DNA from: a virus
Taxonomy: Duplodnaviria > Heunggongvirae > Uroviricota > Caudoviricetes
DNA length: 64,000 bases
Virus record (IMG/VR): IMGVR_UViG_3300020723_000003
Strand: one strand, 5' to 3'
The notes beneath the pieces were generated by a model that was given only the letters and a program-made list of their open reading frames with translations, was not told the origin of the DNA and searched no databases. Shown here one piece after another: positions 18,227 through 27,912 of this stretch; positions within the stretch are counted from its first letter, which is position 1, and each line of letters starts with the position of its first letter. The position numbers were made by a program, and so were the translations under genes.

Positions 18227-18271
18227 AACGGCAAATTAAACCTTGCCGTTTTATCACTTTTATAGTATAAT
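18227..18271 (+). promoter_or_regulatory. Stem-loop terminator overlapping an early promoter (PeSL-like unit)
   Basis: AACGGCAA-attaaacc-TTGCCGTT hairpin plus T-run. Its 3' arm supplies the -35 TTGCCG, then a 17-bp spacer, then TATAAT at 18266 with the extended TATAGTATAAT. Confidence 0.55.
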
Positions 18272-18294
18272 AAATTTTTAATTTAGGATTTTTT

Positions 18295-18810
18295 ATGAAA
18301 CAAAAATTTATTGACTATTTTATGTCTGTTGCAGAATTAACTGCAAATCTCTCTCATGCTAAAAAATTAAAAGTTGGTTCTGTTATTGTAAAAGATGATA
18401 GAATAATTTCTTGTGGATATAATGGATTACCTGCAGGATGGAATTCAAATATATGCGAGAAAGTTTCATTTCTTTCTGATGCTGAATATTTCAATTCTAC
18501 AACCGAAGAAAAGCAAAAATATACCCCAATAGATGGGATTTATTTTTGGAAGGGTTTAAAAACATATGATGAAGTAATACATTCTGAAGCAAATTCAATC
18601 TCAAGATTAGCGAGTTCAACTGAATCTGGCGTTGGTGCGATAATGTTTTGCACGCATTCTCCTTGCATTCAATGTAGTAAAATAATTTATAGTGCTGGAA
18701 TTAAAACTGTATATTATAAACACGAATATCGTTCAACAGAAGGAATAAAATTTTTAAAAATGTGTGGAGTTGAGATTATAAAATACATTGACGAAAGAGC
18801 TAATGTATAG
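18295..18810 (+). CDS. cd: dCMP deaminase
   Basis: Zinc-binding HSE ... PCIQC (H-x-E and PCxxC) cytidine/deoxycytidylate deaminase motifs. 171 aa. Confidence 0.8.
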   Translation: MKQKFIDYFMSVAELTANLSHAKKLKVGSVIVKDDRIISCGYNGLPAGWNSNICEKVSFLSDAEYFNSTTEEKQKYTPIDGIYFWKGLKTYDEVIHSEANSISRLASSTESGVGAIMFCTHSPCIQCSKIIYSAGIKTVYYKHEYRSTEGIKFLKMCGVEIIKYIDERANV

Positions 18811-18845
18811 TATAATATAATCTTAAATACAATAAAGGAAAAATC

Positions 18846-19157
18846 ATGACAGATATTAGAATGTTTAGAACAATTAGTGGTGAAGATGTTATTGCGGAAT
18901 TTGTGGAAACAAACAAAACAGGTGATGTTTATAAAAATGCCATACAATTAGTTATTGTGCCTAAAAGAAGTAATCCAGAAGAGCAATCCTATGCATTTGC
19001 ACCATTCCCACAATATGCTCAACAAAATACAGAAGGTAAAATTACATTTAATACAAATTTAATTTCATTTTTTATTGATATTGATGAACAATTCTTAGAA
19101 CAATATAATTCAATTTTCGGAATTATATCGGCACCTGCTCCAAAAATTATTATTTAA
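18846..19157 (+). CDS. Hypothetical protein
   Basis: 103-aa ORF upstream of the DNA polymerase. Confidence 0.4.
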   Translation: MTDIRMFRTISGEDVIAEFVETNKTGDVYKNAIQLVIVPKRSNPEEQSYAFAPFPQYAQQNTEGKITFNTNLISFFIDIDEQFLEQYNSIFGIISAPAPKIII

Positions 19158-19195
19158 AAATAATTCTAAATATGATAATTGATAGGAGTTGATAT

Positions 19196-21742
19196 ATGGA
19201 AAGTGAAGGTTCTTCCTTCTACACAAATGTAAGAGTTATTGGAAATAATATTTGTTATAGGGGTGTTGATGACTCGGGCCAACAGATCAGATTTAAATAT
19301 GAATATAGCCCAAAGGTTTATGTTCCTTCTAATAAACAATCGAATTTTAAAACTTTGGATGGAAAGTATGTAGATGAAATTGAACCTGGATGTATCAAAG
19401 AAACAAGAGATTTCATAAAACGATATGAAGAAGTTGATAATTTCGATATTTATGGTGATATTGGATTTGATGTACAATACATTTCAGATAAGTTCCAATC
19501 TAATGTAGATTGGGATATAAATAAAATTTCAATTCATATCTTAGATATTGAAACTGCTTCTGAAAATGTAAATGCTGTGTCTCATAAATTAACAGCACCA
19601 GAAGAAATTCTTTTAATTTCTATGACTGAATTGTCTACAAAAAAAGTCACAACATTCACATCAAGAGATTACAATGGGACAAATGATGATAATGCTGAAA
19701 TTATTTTATGCCAAGATGAGTATTCGTTATTAAATCAATTTCTTGATCATTGGAATCGTATTGGTATTGATATCGTTTCTGGTTGGAATATTGATGGTTT
19801 TGATATACCATATTTGATTAATAGAATATCGAATGTTATGGGAGATGATCATGCTAAACGATTAAGTCCATGGAAAATGGTTTCTTCTAGAAAAATAAAA
19901 GGTAAGTTTGGTAAAGATGATATTGTTTATGATATTGCTGGAGTTAGTTGTTTGGATTTTATGCAACTATATCTCAAATTTACATATGTTAAAAGAGAAA
20001 TGTATTCTTTAGATTATATTTGTCAAGTTGAATTGGGTAAAGGTAAATTAGATCATAGTGAATTTGCTACATTTAAAGAATTTTACACTAAAGGATTTGA
20101 TAAGTTCATTGATTATAACATCATTGATACGATTCGAGTTATTGAACTTGAAGAGAAATTAAAGTTAATTGAACTTTGTTTAACAATGTCATATTTGGCA
20201 AAAATAAATTATAATGATGTATTCTCACAAATTAGAATGTGGGATTCAATCATTTATAATCATTTAAAACATCAGAACATTGTAATACCTAAAAAAGCAT
20301 CTGGTTCTAAATCAGAACAATTTGAAGGCGCATTTGTAAAAGAACCAGTTCCTGGATTATACAATTGGGTTGTTAGTTTTGATGCAACTTCACTTTATCC
20401 TAGTATTATGCAGACATGGAATATTTCTCCAGAAACTTATATGGGTGTTGATACATCAATTTCTGTATCTGGGTTAATGGGTAAGAAATGTGAGATATCA
20501 GAAGAATATGCTACTGCTGCTAATGGAGCTATGTATAAAAGAGATAAGAAAGGGTTGCTTCCAGAACTTATTGATATTTACATGGCAAAAAGAAGATCTG
20601 CTAAAAATAGTATGATTGAAGCAGAAAAACAGTTGGAAAAATTAAAGAAAATTAAATTTGATTCTGATATTGATGAACAAAAAGAATACAAACGTCTTGT
20701 TAATGAAATATCTAAATTTAATAATGAACAAATGGCGTTTAAAATTGGTCTTAATAGTCTCTATGGGGCGATTGGAAATGCTTACTGTAGGTATTTTGAA
20801 TTAGAAAATGCAAGAGCTATTACTTTGACTGGACAATATATAATTAAAACGGTCGGTGAAGGATTGAATAGAGATCTTAGTAAATTATTTAAAATTGATG
20901 ATTACGATTGGTCTTTTTATTCTGATACAGATTCTTGTTATGTTTCTTTGGAACCTATGGTAAATAAGTTTTATAAGGATTTGTCTGATGAAAAACTTGT
21001 CAATCTTATTGATAAGATTTCTAAAGAAAAAATAACACCTATTATTAATGATAATTGTTTAGACCTTCAAACATATACAAATTCTTATAGAAATATGATT
21101 TCTTTTAAACAAGAGGGTATTTCTAGTAATGGCATTTGGGTTGCTAAAAAACGTTATTTTTTGAATGTTCTTGATAATGAAGGGGTAAGGTATGCTTCTC
21201 CAAAATTAAAAGTTATGGGTTTAGAAGTTGTAAAATCTTCAACTCCAGGTGTTGTAAGGGAGAAATTAAAGACGTGTTTATCTTTAATTCTTGATAACAA
21301 AGAAGATGATTTACAAAATTTTATTGAGGATTTTAGATTAGAATTTAAATCTCTTCCTGTTGAAGATATTGCATCTCCAAGAGGAGTTAATGGTATTGAA
21401 AAATATTCTAATTCCACTACGGTGTATAATTCTGGGTGTCCTTTGCATACAAAAGGTGCAATTATTTACAATAAAAAATTAAGGGAATTAAAGTTGGATA
21501 ATACTTATCCTATTGTTGGTGAAGGTGATAGAATTAAATATACATATTTAAAATCGCCAAACCCAATTAAAGATATTGTTATTGGATTTCCCTCTGAACT
21601 TCCAAAAGAATTTAAACTTGAAAATTATATCGATTATGATAAACAATTTGAAAAAACATTTTTAGAACCAATAAAATCTATCCTTCAAATATTAGATTGG
21701 ACAACTGAAAAAACCAATTCTATTGAAGACTTTTTTTCTTAA
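19196..21742 (+). CDS. 43: DNA polymerase gp43 (family B)
   Basis: 848 aa. Exo motifs (ILDIETAS; YNIIDT), pol motifs (SLYPSIM; KIGLNSLYG; YSDTDSCYV). Synteny regA-43-uvsX. Confidence 0.9.
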   Translation: MESEGSSFYTNVRVIGNNICYRGVDDSGQQIRFKYEYSPKVYVPSNKQSNFKTLDGKYVDEIEPGCIKETRDFIKRYEEVDNFDIYGDIGFDVQYISDKFQSNVDWDINKISIHILDIETASENVNAVSHKLTAPEEILLISMTELSTKKVTTFTSRDYNGTNDDNAEIILCQDEYSLLNQFLDHWNRIGIDIVSGWNIDGFDIPYLINRISNVMGDDHAKRLSPWKMVSSRKIKGKFGKDDIVYDIAGVSCLDFMQLYLKFTYVKREMYSLDYICQVELGKGKLDHSEFATFKEFYTKGFDKFIDYNIIDTIRVIELEEKLKLIELCLTMSYLAKINYNDVFSQIRMWDSIIYNHLKHQNIVIPKKASGSKSEQFEGAFVKEPVPGLYNWVVSFDATSLYPSIMQTWNISPETYMGVDTSISVSGLMGKKCEISEEYATAANGAMYKRDKKGLLPELIDIYMAKRRSAKNSMIEAEKQLEKLKKIKFDSDIDEQKEYKRLVNEISKFNNEQMAFKIGLNSLYGAIGNAYCRYFELENARAITLTGQYIIKTVGEGLNRDLSKLFKIDDYDWSFYSDTDSCYVSLEPMVNKFYKDLSDEKLVNLIDKISKEKITPIINDNCLDLQTYTNSYRNMISFKQEGISSNGIWVAKKRYFLNVLDNEGVRYASPKLKVMGLEVVKSSTPGVVREKLKTCLSLILDNKEDDLQNFIEDFRLEFKSLPVEDIASPRGVNGIEKYSNSTTVYNSGCPLHTKGAIIYNKKLRELKLDNTYPIVGEGDRIKYTYLKSPNPIKDIVIGFPSELPKEFKLENYIDYDKQFEKTFLEPIKSILQILDWTTEKTNSIEDFFS

Positions 21743-21756
21743 TTAAAGGAAATATT

Positions 21757-22665
21757 ATGAGTTTACTTGAAAAACTTAAAAAAAATTCAACGATAAAAGA
21801 ATCATCTATTTTATCTGTATCAAAATTTTTTACTAAAAAGGATATGATAACAACTCCAATTCCTGCGTTTAATGTTGCATTATCAGGCAGATTGGATGGC
21901 GGATTAACTCCAGGACTTTCATTATTTTGTGGTCCTAGTAAACATTTTAAAAGCCTTTTTTGTTTGATTTTAGCTAAAGCATATATGGATAAATATCCAG
22001 AATCTGTATTAGTATTTTATGATTGCGAATTTGGTACACCCGAAGCGTATTTTGATTCATTAGGTATGGATAAAGATAGAATTCTCCATACCCCAATTAT
22101 GAATATGGAAGAGTTTAAATTTGATATTATTAATCACCTTCAAAATATTACTAGAGGCGACAAAGTAATATTTGTTGTTGATTCTTTAGGAAATATGGCT
22201 AGTAAAAAAGAAACTGATGATGCTATTGATGGTAAATCTGTTGCTGATATGACTCGTGCAAAATCTATGAAATCTATGTTTCGTATGATTACACCATATC
22301 TAGTTAAATATGATATTCCTATGGTAGCAGTAAATCATATCTATATGACTCAGGAAATGTTCAGTAAACCAGTCGTTAGCGGGGGTTGTGTTGTAGCAGG
22401 CACTAAAATTCAAATGTTTGATAGATCGTTAAAATCTATTGAGGATATTACACCTGGATGTTTGGTTAAAACTCAAGATGGTCCTAAAATTGTTACACAT
22501 AGTTGGAACCCAGAGACACTTTTAGATGGAAATCCAGAATGTTATAAAATTACATTTGAAGATGGTTACTCTGTAATTTGCTCTGATGAACACCCATTTC
22601 TTAAAAATTCAGAATTTGTATCGGCAAAGGAACTTAGTATTGGAGATGATATAACAACATTGTGA
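21757..22665 (+). CDS. uvsX: UvsX recombinase N-terminal extein (aa 1-210) fused to an N-terminal split-intein half (91 aa)
   Basis: RecA-like N-part ends ...KPVVSGG. It then switches at Cys (22387) to a Hint N-domain (CVVAGTKIQMFDRSLKSIEDITPGCLVKTQDG...CSDEHPFL...) and stops at 22663. Confidence 0.85.
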   Translation: MSLLEKLKKNSTIKESSILSVSKFFTKKDMITTPIPAFNVALSGRLDGGLTPGLSLFCGPSKHFKSLFCLILAKAYMDKYPESVLVFYDCEFGTPEAYFDSLGMDKDRILHTPIMNMEEFKFDIINHLQNITRGDKVIFVVDSLGNMASKKETDDAIDGKSVADMTRAKSMKSMFRMITPYLVKYDIPMVAVNHIYMTQEMFSKPVVSGGCVVAGTKIQMFDRSLKSIEDITPGCLVKTQDGPKIVTHSWNPETLLDGNPECYKITFEDGYSVICSDEHPFLKNSEFVSAKELSIGDDITTL

Positions 22666-22702
22666 AATACAAAAAGTGGAAAAAAATATATTTGATACTG
22701 TT

Positions 22703-22834
22703 ATGGATAAAGATGTTTGGGCAACAACATCATCATTTCAAAAACGTGAAATTTGCATATATTGTGGGAAAGAAAGTGTGGTCGGTAATATTAAACGCTG
22801 GCATAATGATAATTGTAAAGAGAAAAAAATATGA
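22703..22834 (+). CDS. Mini-ORF encoding a zinc-finger-like peptide between the intein halves
   Basis: 43 codons in a different frame from the uvsX halves (MDKDVWATTSSFQKREICIYCGKESVVGNIKRWHNDNCKEKKI; CxxC...HxxxC). Its stop overlaps the ATG of the downstream half (ATATGA). Confidence 0.3.
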   Translation: MDKDVWATTSSFQKREICIYCGKESVVGNIKRWHNDNCKEKKI

Positions 22835-23388
22835 AAATTGTTAATATAGAAAAAGTTGGTAAAAGAAACGTATTTGATATAACTGTTGCTGATAATCATC
22901 AATATGTACTAGAAAATGGTGTTATCACACATAATACTGGTGTTTATCTTTCTGCTGATAATATTTACATCTTGGGCAGACAACAAGAAAAAGAAGGTAC
23001 TGATGTTGTTGGGTATAATTTTATTATAAATGTTGAAAAATCAAGACATGTTCGTGAAAAATCAAAAATACCAATTACTGTAAAATATGAAGGCGGTTTA
23101 AGTTCTTGGTCAGGTTTAATTGATATGGCTCTAGAATCAGGACATGTTGTAAAACCATCTAATGGTTGGTATTCGCGAGTTAATACTGCGACAGGCGAGG
23201 TTGAAGAAAAGAAATATCGCCTTAAAGATACAGATACAAAGGACTTCTGGAATAAAATATTATTAGATAAAACTTTTCAAGATTGGATTAAATCTAATTA
23301 TCAAGTATCTCATGGAAATATTTTAGCTTCAGATAAAGATATAGAACAAACATTTGCAGAAATTGGGGATGATGATGAAGAATTATAA
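22831..23388 (+). CDS. uvsX: C-terminal split-intein half (35 aa) fused to the UvsX C-terminal extein
   Basis: Own ATG and RBS. MKIVNIEKVGKRNVFDITVADNHQYVLENGVITHN (intein block F/G ending HN), then TGVYLSADNIYILGRQQ..., which aligns to T4 UvsX TGVMYSADTVFIIGKRQ right after SGG. Confidence 0.85.
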   Translation: MKIVNIEKVGKRNVFDITVADNHQYVLENGVITHNTGVYLSADNIYILGRQQEKEGTDVVGYNFIINVEKSRHVREKSKIPITVKYEGGLSSWSGLIDMALESGHVVKPSNGWYSRVNTATGEVEEKKYRLKDTDTKDFWNKILLDKTFQDWIKSNYQVSHGNILASDKDIEQTFAEIGDDDEEL

Positions 23389-23572
23389 AAATTGTGCTGA
23401 ATTGACAGGAGCAATATTTGCAATTTGTCTTATTGTTGTATTATTATCAGCATGGATAACTCATGTTGTTGTTTGTATTAAAACTGCATCTTGGGGTTTT
23501 TTGATTGCTGGTGCTATTGCATTTCCTGTTGCATGGGTTCATGGAATTGGATATTGGTTTAATATTTGGTAG
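23354..23572 (+). CDS. Small hydrophobic (2-TM) protein
   Basis: 72-aa ORF with two predicted TM helices. Confidence 0.35.
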   Translation: MQKLGMMMKNYKNCAELTGAIFAICLIVVLLSAWITHVVVCIKTASWGFLIAGAIAFPVAWVHGIGYWFNIW

Positions 23573-23581
23573 GAGAAAATA

Positions 23582-23920
23582 ATGCTTGACTATAAAGAGG
23601 AAATAGATTATACTTTCATTGAGGCTAATGGTGCTGCTGGTATAAAGATTATTAGTGGTAATTTTGAAGATGTAATTTATACATATTCTCGTGTTTCAAT
23701 ATCAGAAGCAAAAGATGATGTTACAGATGAAGATCTTCCGGCAATGTTGAGTTTTAATTATGATATTGTTGATTCGTCTGGTTACACTGAAGAAGAGTTT
23801 CAGACAATTGAATTTAAAACTAAAATTGGTGATATTTTAATGTCAATTTTAGCAAAAAGTGCGGAGAATACTATTGAACTTGAACAAACTGATTCTAAAG
23901 AATCTGCAATATTGGGATGA
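23582..23920 (+). CDS. Hypothetical acidic protein
   Basis: 112-aa ORF. Overlaps the g41 start by about 60 nt. Confidence 0.4.
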   Translation: MLDYKEEIDYTFIEANGAAGIKIISGNFEDVIYTYSRVSISEAKDDVTDEDLPAMLSFNYDIVDSSGYTEEEFQTIEFKTKIGDILMSILAKSAENTIELEQTDSKESAILG

Positions 23921-25271
23921 TTATTCTCGAAAAGTTTTACCGTTTATAAAACAAGATTATTTTAGTGAAAGAAGTGAAAAATTAATATTTAATGAAATAA
24001 CTTCTTTCATTGGAGAATATGGTAATTTGCCAACTTATGAATCATTAATTATCCAATTAGAAAATAAATCTTTATCTGATGGAGAATATAGTGATGCAAT
24101 TGGATTATTAAACGAGTTTCATGAATCGAAAGCAGAAACAGTTGAATTGGAATGGTTGATTGATAAAACAGAAACATTTTGTCAAGAAAAAGCAGTATAT
24201 AATGCTGTTGTTGAATCAATTTCAATTTTAGAAAATAAACATCCTGATTTATCTAAAGGATCTATTCCAAAATTGCTATCTGATGCATTAGCTATTTCTT
24301 TTGATTCTAGTGTTGGTCATGAATATGTTGATGATAGTGATTCGAGATATGAATACTATCATAGAACTGAAGAAAAAATTCCATTTAGTTTAAATTGGTT
24401 TAATAAGATAACAAATGGAGGTTTACCTAAGAAAACATTATCAATAATTCTAGCTGCTCCACATTCTGGAAAAAGTTTGATGATGTGCGATTTTGCAACA
24501 AGTTTTTATCAATCTGGTAAAAACGTTCTTTATATAACTGCTGAAATGGCAGAAGAAGAAATTGCAAAAAGAATTGATGCAAATTTATTAAATGTCTATA
24601 TGGACGATTTAATGAATATGACAAAAGCTCAATATGAGAAAAAAATAAATTTCGTAAAATCTAAAACTTCTGGAAAATTGTTTATAAAAGAATATCCAAC
24701 ATCTTGTGCTTCTGTGACACATTTCAGAACTCTTTTAAATGAGTTAAGATTAAAAAAGAATTTTGTCCCTGATGTTATATTTGTTGATTATTTAAATATC
24801 ATAGCGTCTTCAAGAATGAAGATGTCGGGGGCAGTTAATTCCTACACATATATTAAAGCTATTGGTGAGGAATTAAGGGGTTTGGCTCAAGAGTTTAATG
24901 TTCCTATTGTGAGCGCCACACAGACCACCAGAGGCGCAGCAAATTCTAGTGATACCGATATGACCGATATCTCAGAAAGTTTCGGTATTGCTCATATTGC
25001 GGACTTTATGGTGTCTATTATTAACTCTGAAGAACTTCAAGAATTGAATCAATTGATGGTAAAACAATTAAAAAATAGATTTAGAGATTTAAATTTAAAT
25101 AAACGTTTTGTTGTTGGAATTGATCGTGCAAAAATGAGGTTGTACGATGTTGAAGATTCAGCTCAAGACGGATTAGTTGATACTGGTTCTCCTGAACCTG
25201 AATATAATGCTGCTTCTTTTGGAAGTAAAAAGAAAATAGATAAAAACTCATTTAGTGGATTCAAGGTATAA
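23859..25271 (+). CDS. 41: Replicative helicase gp41 (DnaB-like)
   Basis: Walker A AAPHSGKSL, Walker B VIFVDYL. Aligns to T4 gp41 (RIDANLLNV vs RIDANMLDV; NELRLKKNFVP vs NELKLKKNFVP). Apparently intact, no intein. Confidence 0.9.
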   Translation: MRRILLNLNKLILKNLQYWDDYSRKVLPFIKQDYFSERSEKLIFNEITSFIGEYGNLPTYESLIIQLENKSLSDGEYSDAIGLLNEFHESKAETVELEWLIDKTETFCQEKAVYNAVVESISILENKHPDLSKGSIPKLLSDALAISFDSSVGHEYVDDSDSRYEYYHRTEEKIPFSLNWFNKITNGGLPKKTLSIILAAPHSGKSLMMCDFATSFYQSGKNVLYITAEMAEEEIAKRIDANLLNVYMDDLMNMTKAQYEKKINFVKSKTSGKLFIKEYPTSCASVTHFRTLLNELRLKKNFVPDVIFVDYLNIIASSRMKMSGAVNSYTYIKAIGEELRGLAQEFNVPIVSATQTTRGAANSSDTDMTDISESFGIAHIADFMVSIINSEELQELNQLMVKQLKNRFRDLNLNKRFVVGIDRAKMRLYDVEDSAQDGLVDTGSPEPEYNAASFGSKKKIDKNSFSGFKV

Positions 25272-25274
25272 AAT

Positions 25275-25610
25275 ATGGAAAAACGATATACAGTTGTTGG
25301 TGAAGATATTGATATATCTGATGGTTATCATACAATGTCAGAATTATATGCACATAGATGTACACTATTTGCTGCATTGTTAAAGTCTCACCCACAAGCT
25401 TCTTGGAAGAGTAAAAAACACAGCGATGGTACATCTTGGGATGGTTGGTTTATTGCTGGTATGAGATTACCAACAGGTGATGTTACATATCACCTTCCTG
25501 TAGACGAATTTTGGGAAATTCTTCCGATTGCTGAGTTGGAATTTGGTGTCGTTTGGGATGGTCATACATCTGATGATGTTGTGAGACGAATTATGGAATG
25601 GATAAAATGA
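25275..25610 (+). CDS. Hypothetical protein
   Basis: 111-aa ORF. Confidence 0.4.
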   Translation: MEKRYTVVGEDIDISDGYHTMSELYAHRCTLFAALLKSHPQASWKSKKHSDGTSWDGWFIAGMRLPTGDVTYHLPVDEFWEILPIAELEFGVVWDGHTSDDVVRRIMEWIK

Positions 25611-26317
25611 GTAGTGCTGTTGTAATAATTCCAACAATTGGTTCTGTTGTTTTAGATCAAACATTAAAAAGTTTAGAGAATCAAACTCATAAAGATGTAA
25701 CAACATTAATTGTTGTTGATGGTCCTGAATATAAATCTAAAGTTGATAATATTATAGATAAACATCCAAATTTAAACAAACAGGTTGTTTATTTACAAGA
25801 AAATGTTGGCGCAAATGGATTTTATGGACAAAGAGTATATGCTGCATTTTCCCATTTAGTAAATAAAGATTATGTTTTCTATCTTGATCAAGATAATTGG
25901 TATGAGCCTAATCATATTGAATATATGATTAATACAATAGAATCTACTGGATGCCAATGGGCATATAGTTTAAGAAATATATATTCTCCTGATGGCGATT
26001 ATTTGCTTCAAGATAATTGTGAAAGTTTGGGGAAATGGAACGCTTATACAAATACTAACATGGTTGATACTAATTGTTATTGTATTCCAAGAAATATAGC
26101 TGTAGAAATATCAAGATTTTGGCATTGTGGTTGGGGTGAAGATCGTGTTATTTTCTCTATTTTAAATGAACATTTTCCTAATTATGAATGTTCTGGTAAA
26201 TATACAATAAATTATAGATTAGGTGGAAATGTGGGTTCTGTATCAAAAGATTTTTTTGAACAGGGAAACAGTGTAATTGATAGTCAATATAAAGGAAAAT
26301 ATCCATGGGCGAAATAA
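25598..26317 (+). CDS. Glycosyltransferase family 2-like (GT-A)
   Basis: N-terminal VVIIPTIGSVVLDQTLKSLENQT...LIVVDGP is typical of GT2 with an LDQD-like DxD. Confidence 0.45.
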   Translation: MDKMSSAVVIIPTIGSVVLDQTLKSLENQTHKDVTTLIVVDGPEYKSKVDNIIDKHPNLNKQVVYLQENVGANGFYGQRVYAAFSHLVNKDYVFYLDQDNWYEPNHIEYMINTIESTGCQWAYSLRNIYSPDGDYLLQDNCESLGKWNAYTNTNMVDTNCYCIPRNIAVEISRFWHCGWGEDRVIFSILNEHFPNYECSGKYTINYRLGGNVGSVSKDFFEQGNSVIDSQYKGKYPWAK

Positions 26318-27072
26318 AAATATTATGTTATATATTTTCTTGGAAAGGTCAGTTTGAAAATGCTGTCAAATTGCAAGAACAATTATCTCCGTTATTAGAT
26401 GTAGTTGTAATAAATTCTGATGATGATAATACAAAAGAGGGTTGGATTAATATTGGGAACGAATGTTATTTTTCTGATCAGTTTAGAACTGCTCTAGATG
26501 CATTTGATGATTCAAAATATGATGTTTTGTGGCATATTCAAGCTGATGCTTCTTATTCTGAGTGGGAACCAATTATAAAATCAGCAAGAGAAAGTTATAA
26601 TACTTATAATTGGGGTGTATTTGCTCCAAATGTTAACGATACATTTTACATTTCAGAAAGAACTGATGTTTCAGATTTAGATGGAAATTTAAAACTTGTT
26701 GCAACAACTGATAATACTTGTTGGTTTATTCATAAAGATTATATTAATGCAATGAAAGCTAATTATCATTTAATGAGAGAAAATATTTTAGGTTGGGGTT
26801 GGGATTTAATTATTTGTGCTCTTAGTCATCTTGATGGTCGATATGTCATAAGAGATTATTCTTTCGAAGTTAATCATCCTACTTCAACAGGATATATGAA
26901 AGATAAAGCAGAGAAAGAAATGCAAGAAATGTTTCAAAAATGTGATTTAAAATTACAAGAAACTATTTATAATATTAAGGTAAAACCAAGAGAATTGGGA
27001 AAATTATATAATATTCAACAAGTTTCTAATTCTGCTGAAATAATTTATAATACTGCAACAGGAATTTATTGA
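26305..27072 (+). CDS. Hypothetical protein in the glycan island
   Basis: 255-aa ORF. Confidence 0.4.
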   Translation: MGEIKILCYIFSWKGQFENAVKLQEQLSPLLDVVVINSDDDNTKEGWINIGNECYFSDQFRTALDAFDDSKYDVLWHIQADASYSEWEPIIKSARESYNTYNWGVFAPNVNDTFYISERTDVSDLDGNLKLVATTDNTCWFIHKDYINAMKANYHLMRENILGWGWDLIICALSHLDGRYVIRDYSFEVNHPTSTGYMKDKAEKEMQEMFQKCDLKLQETIYNIKVKPRELGKLYNIQQVSNSAEIIYNTATGIY

Positions 27073-27911
27073 TGAAAATTTCATATTTAGATTTTTGGCC
27101 AGGATTTGATCCTTCTTCAAATTGGTTTAATTTACTATTGCGTGGTGCATTTCCTGACAGAGAAATAAAAATAACAGCACCTGAATATGCTGATGTTATT
27201 TTCTTTTCATGTTTTGGTAGTGAACATCAAGTATATAAAAATTCTAAAGCAATTAAAATTTTATATATTGGCGAAAATGAAAGACCCAATTATTCTGTTG
27301 CTGATTATTCGTTAAGTTTTGATTTTGATGATTATTCAGGAAGAAATTTTAGACTTCCTCATTGGTATCTATATATAAATTGGTGGGACGAACCAAATTT
27401 TCAACATGCTGAAATTCCATTGATTGCTTTGACTAAATGGATTGACTCTAAAGAAATTTGGAATAGAAAAGAATTTTGTTCTATAATAATTGGTAATCCA
27501 GTTCAAAATAGAATAGATACTGCAGCAAAATTAAACGAATTTAAACCTGTTCATGGATTTGGTAGGGTGTTTAATAATCCTGTAGATGATAAACTTAAAC
27601 TTTTGTACAACTATAGGTGGAATATTTGTTTTGAGAATTCTATATATGATGGATATGTGACAGAAAAATTATTACAAGCTAAAATTTCTGGGTGTATTCC
27701 TTTATATTATGGATCTAATGCAGCTACTATAGATTTTAATAAAGATTGTTATCTTGATATTACAGGTCTTTCATTAGAACAAATTTATAAAAAAGTTGTA
27801 GATATTGAAAATGATAAAAATCTATTTTTGGCTATTTCTTCTGAGCCATTATTTAATACTTTACCAACATTAGACCCATTATATAATTTTTTAAAGGATA
27901 AATTAAAATAA
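27069..27911 (+). CDS. Alpha-1,3-fucosyltransferase-like (GT10)
   Basis: YNYRWNICFENSIYDGYVTEKL matches the GT10 signature (F/L-x-F-E-N-S ... Y-V-T-E-K). Confidence 0.6.
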   Translation: MMKISYLDFWPGFDPSSNWFNLLLRGAFPDREIKITAPEYADVIFFSCFGSEHQVYKNSKAIKILYIGENERPNYSVADYSLSFDFDDYSGRNFRLPHWYLYINWWDEPNFQHAEIPLIALTKWIDSKEIWNRKEFCSIIIGNPVQNRIDTAAKLNEFKPVHGFGRVFNNPVDDKLKLLYNYRWNICFENSIYDGYVTEKLLQAKISGCIPLYYGSNAATIDFNKDCYLDITGLSLEQIYKKVVDIENDKNLFLAISSEPLFNTLPTLDPLYNFLKDKLK

Positions 27912-27912
27912 T

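Noticed and set aside
23859-25271. Intein in g41 or g43 (common intein hosts)
   Set aside because: Both genes read through their usual intein insertion sites without Hint motifs. Only uvsX and nrdA carry (split) inteins here.
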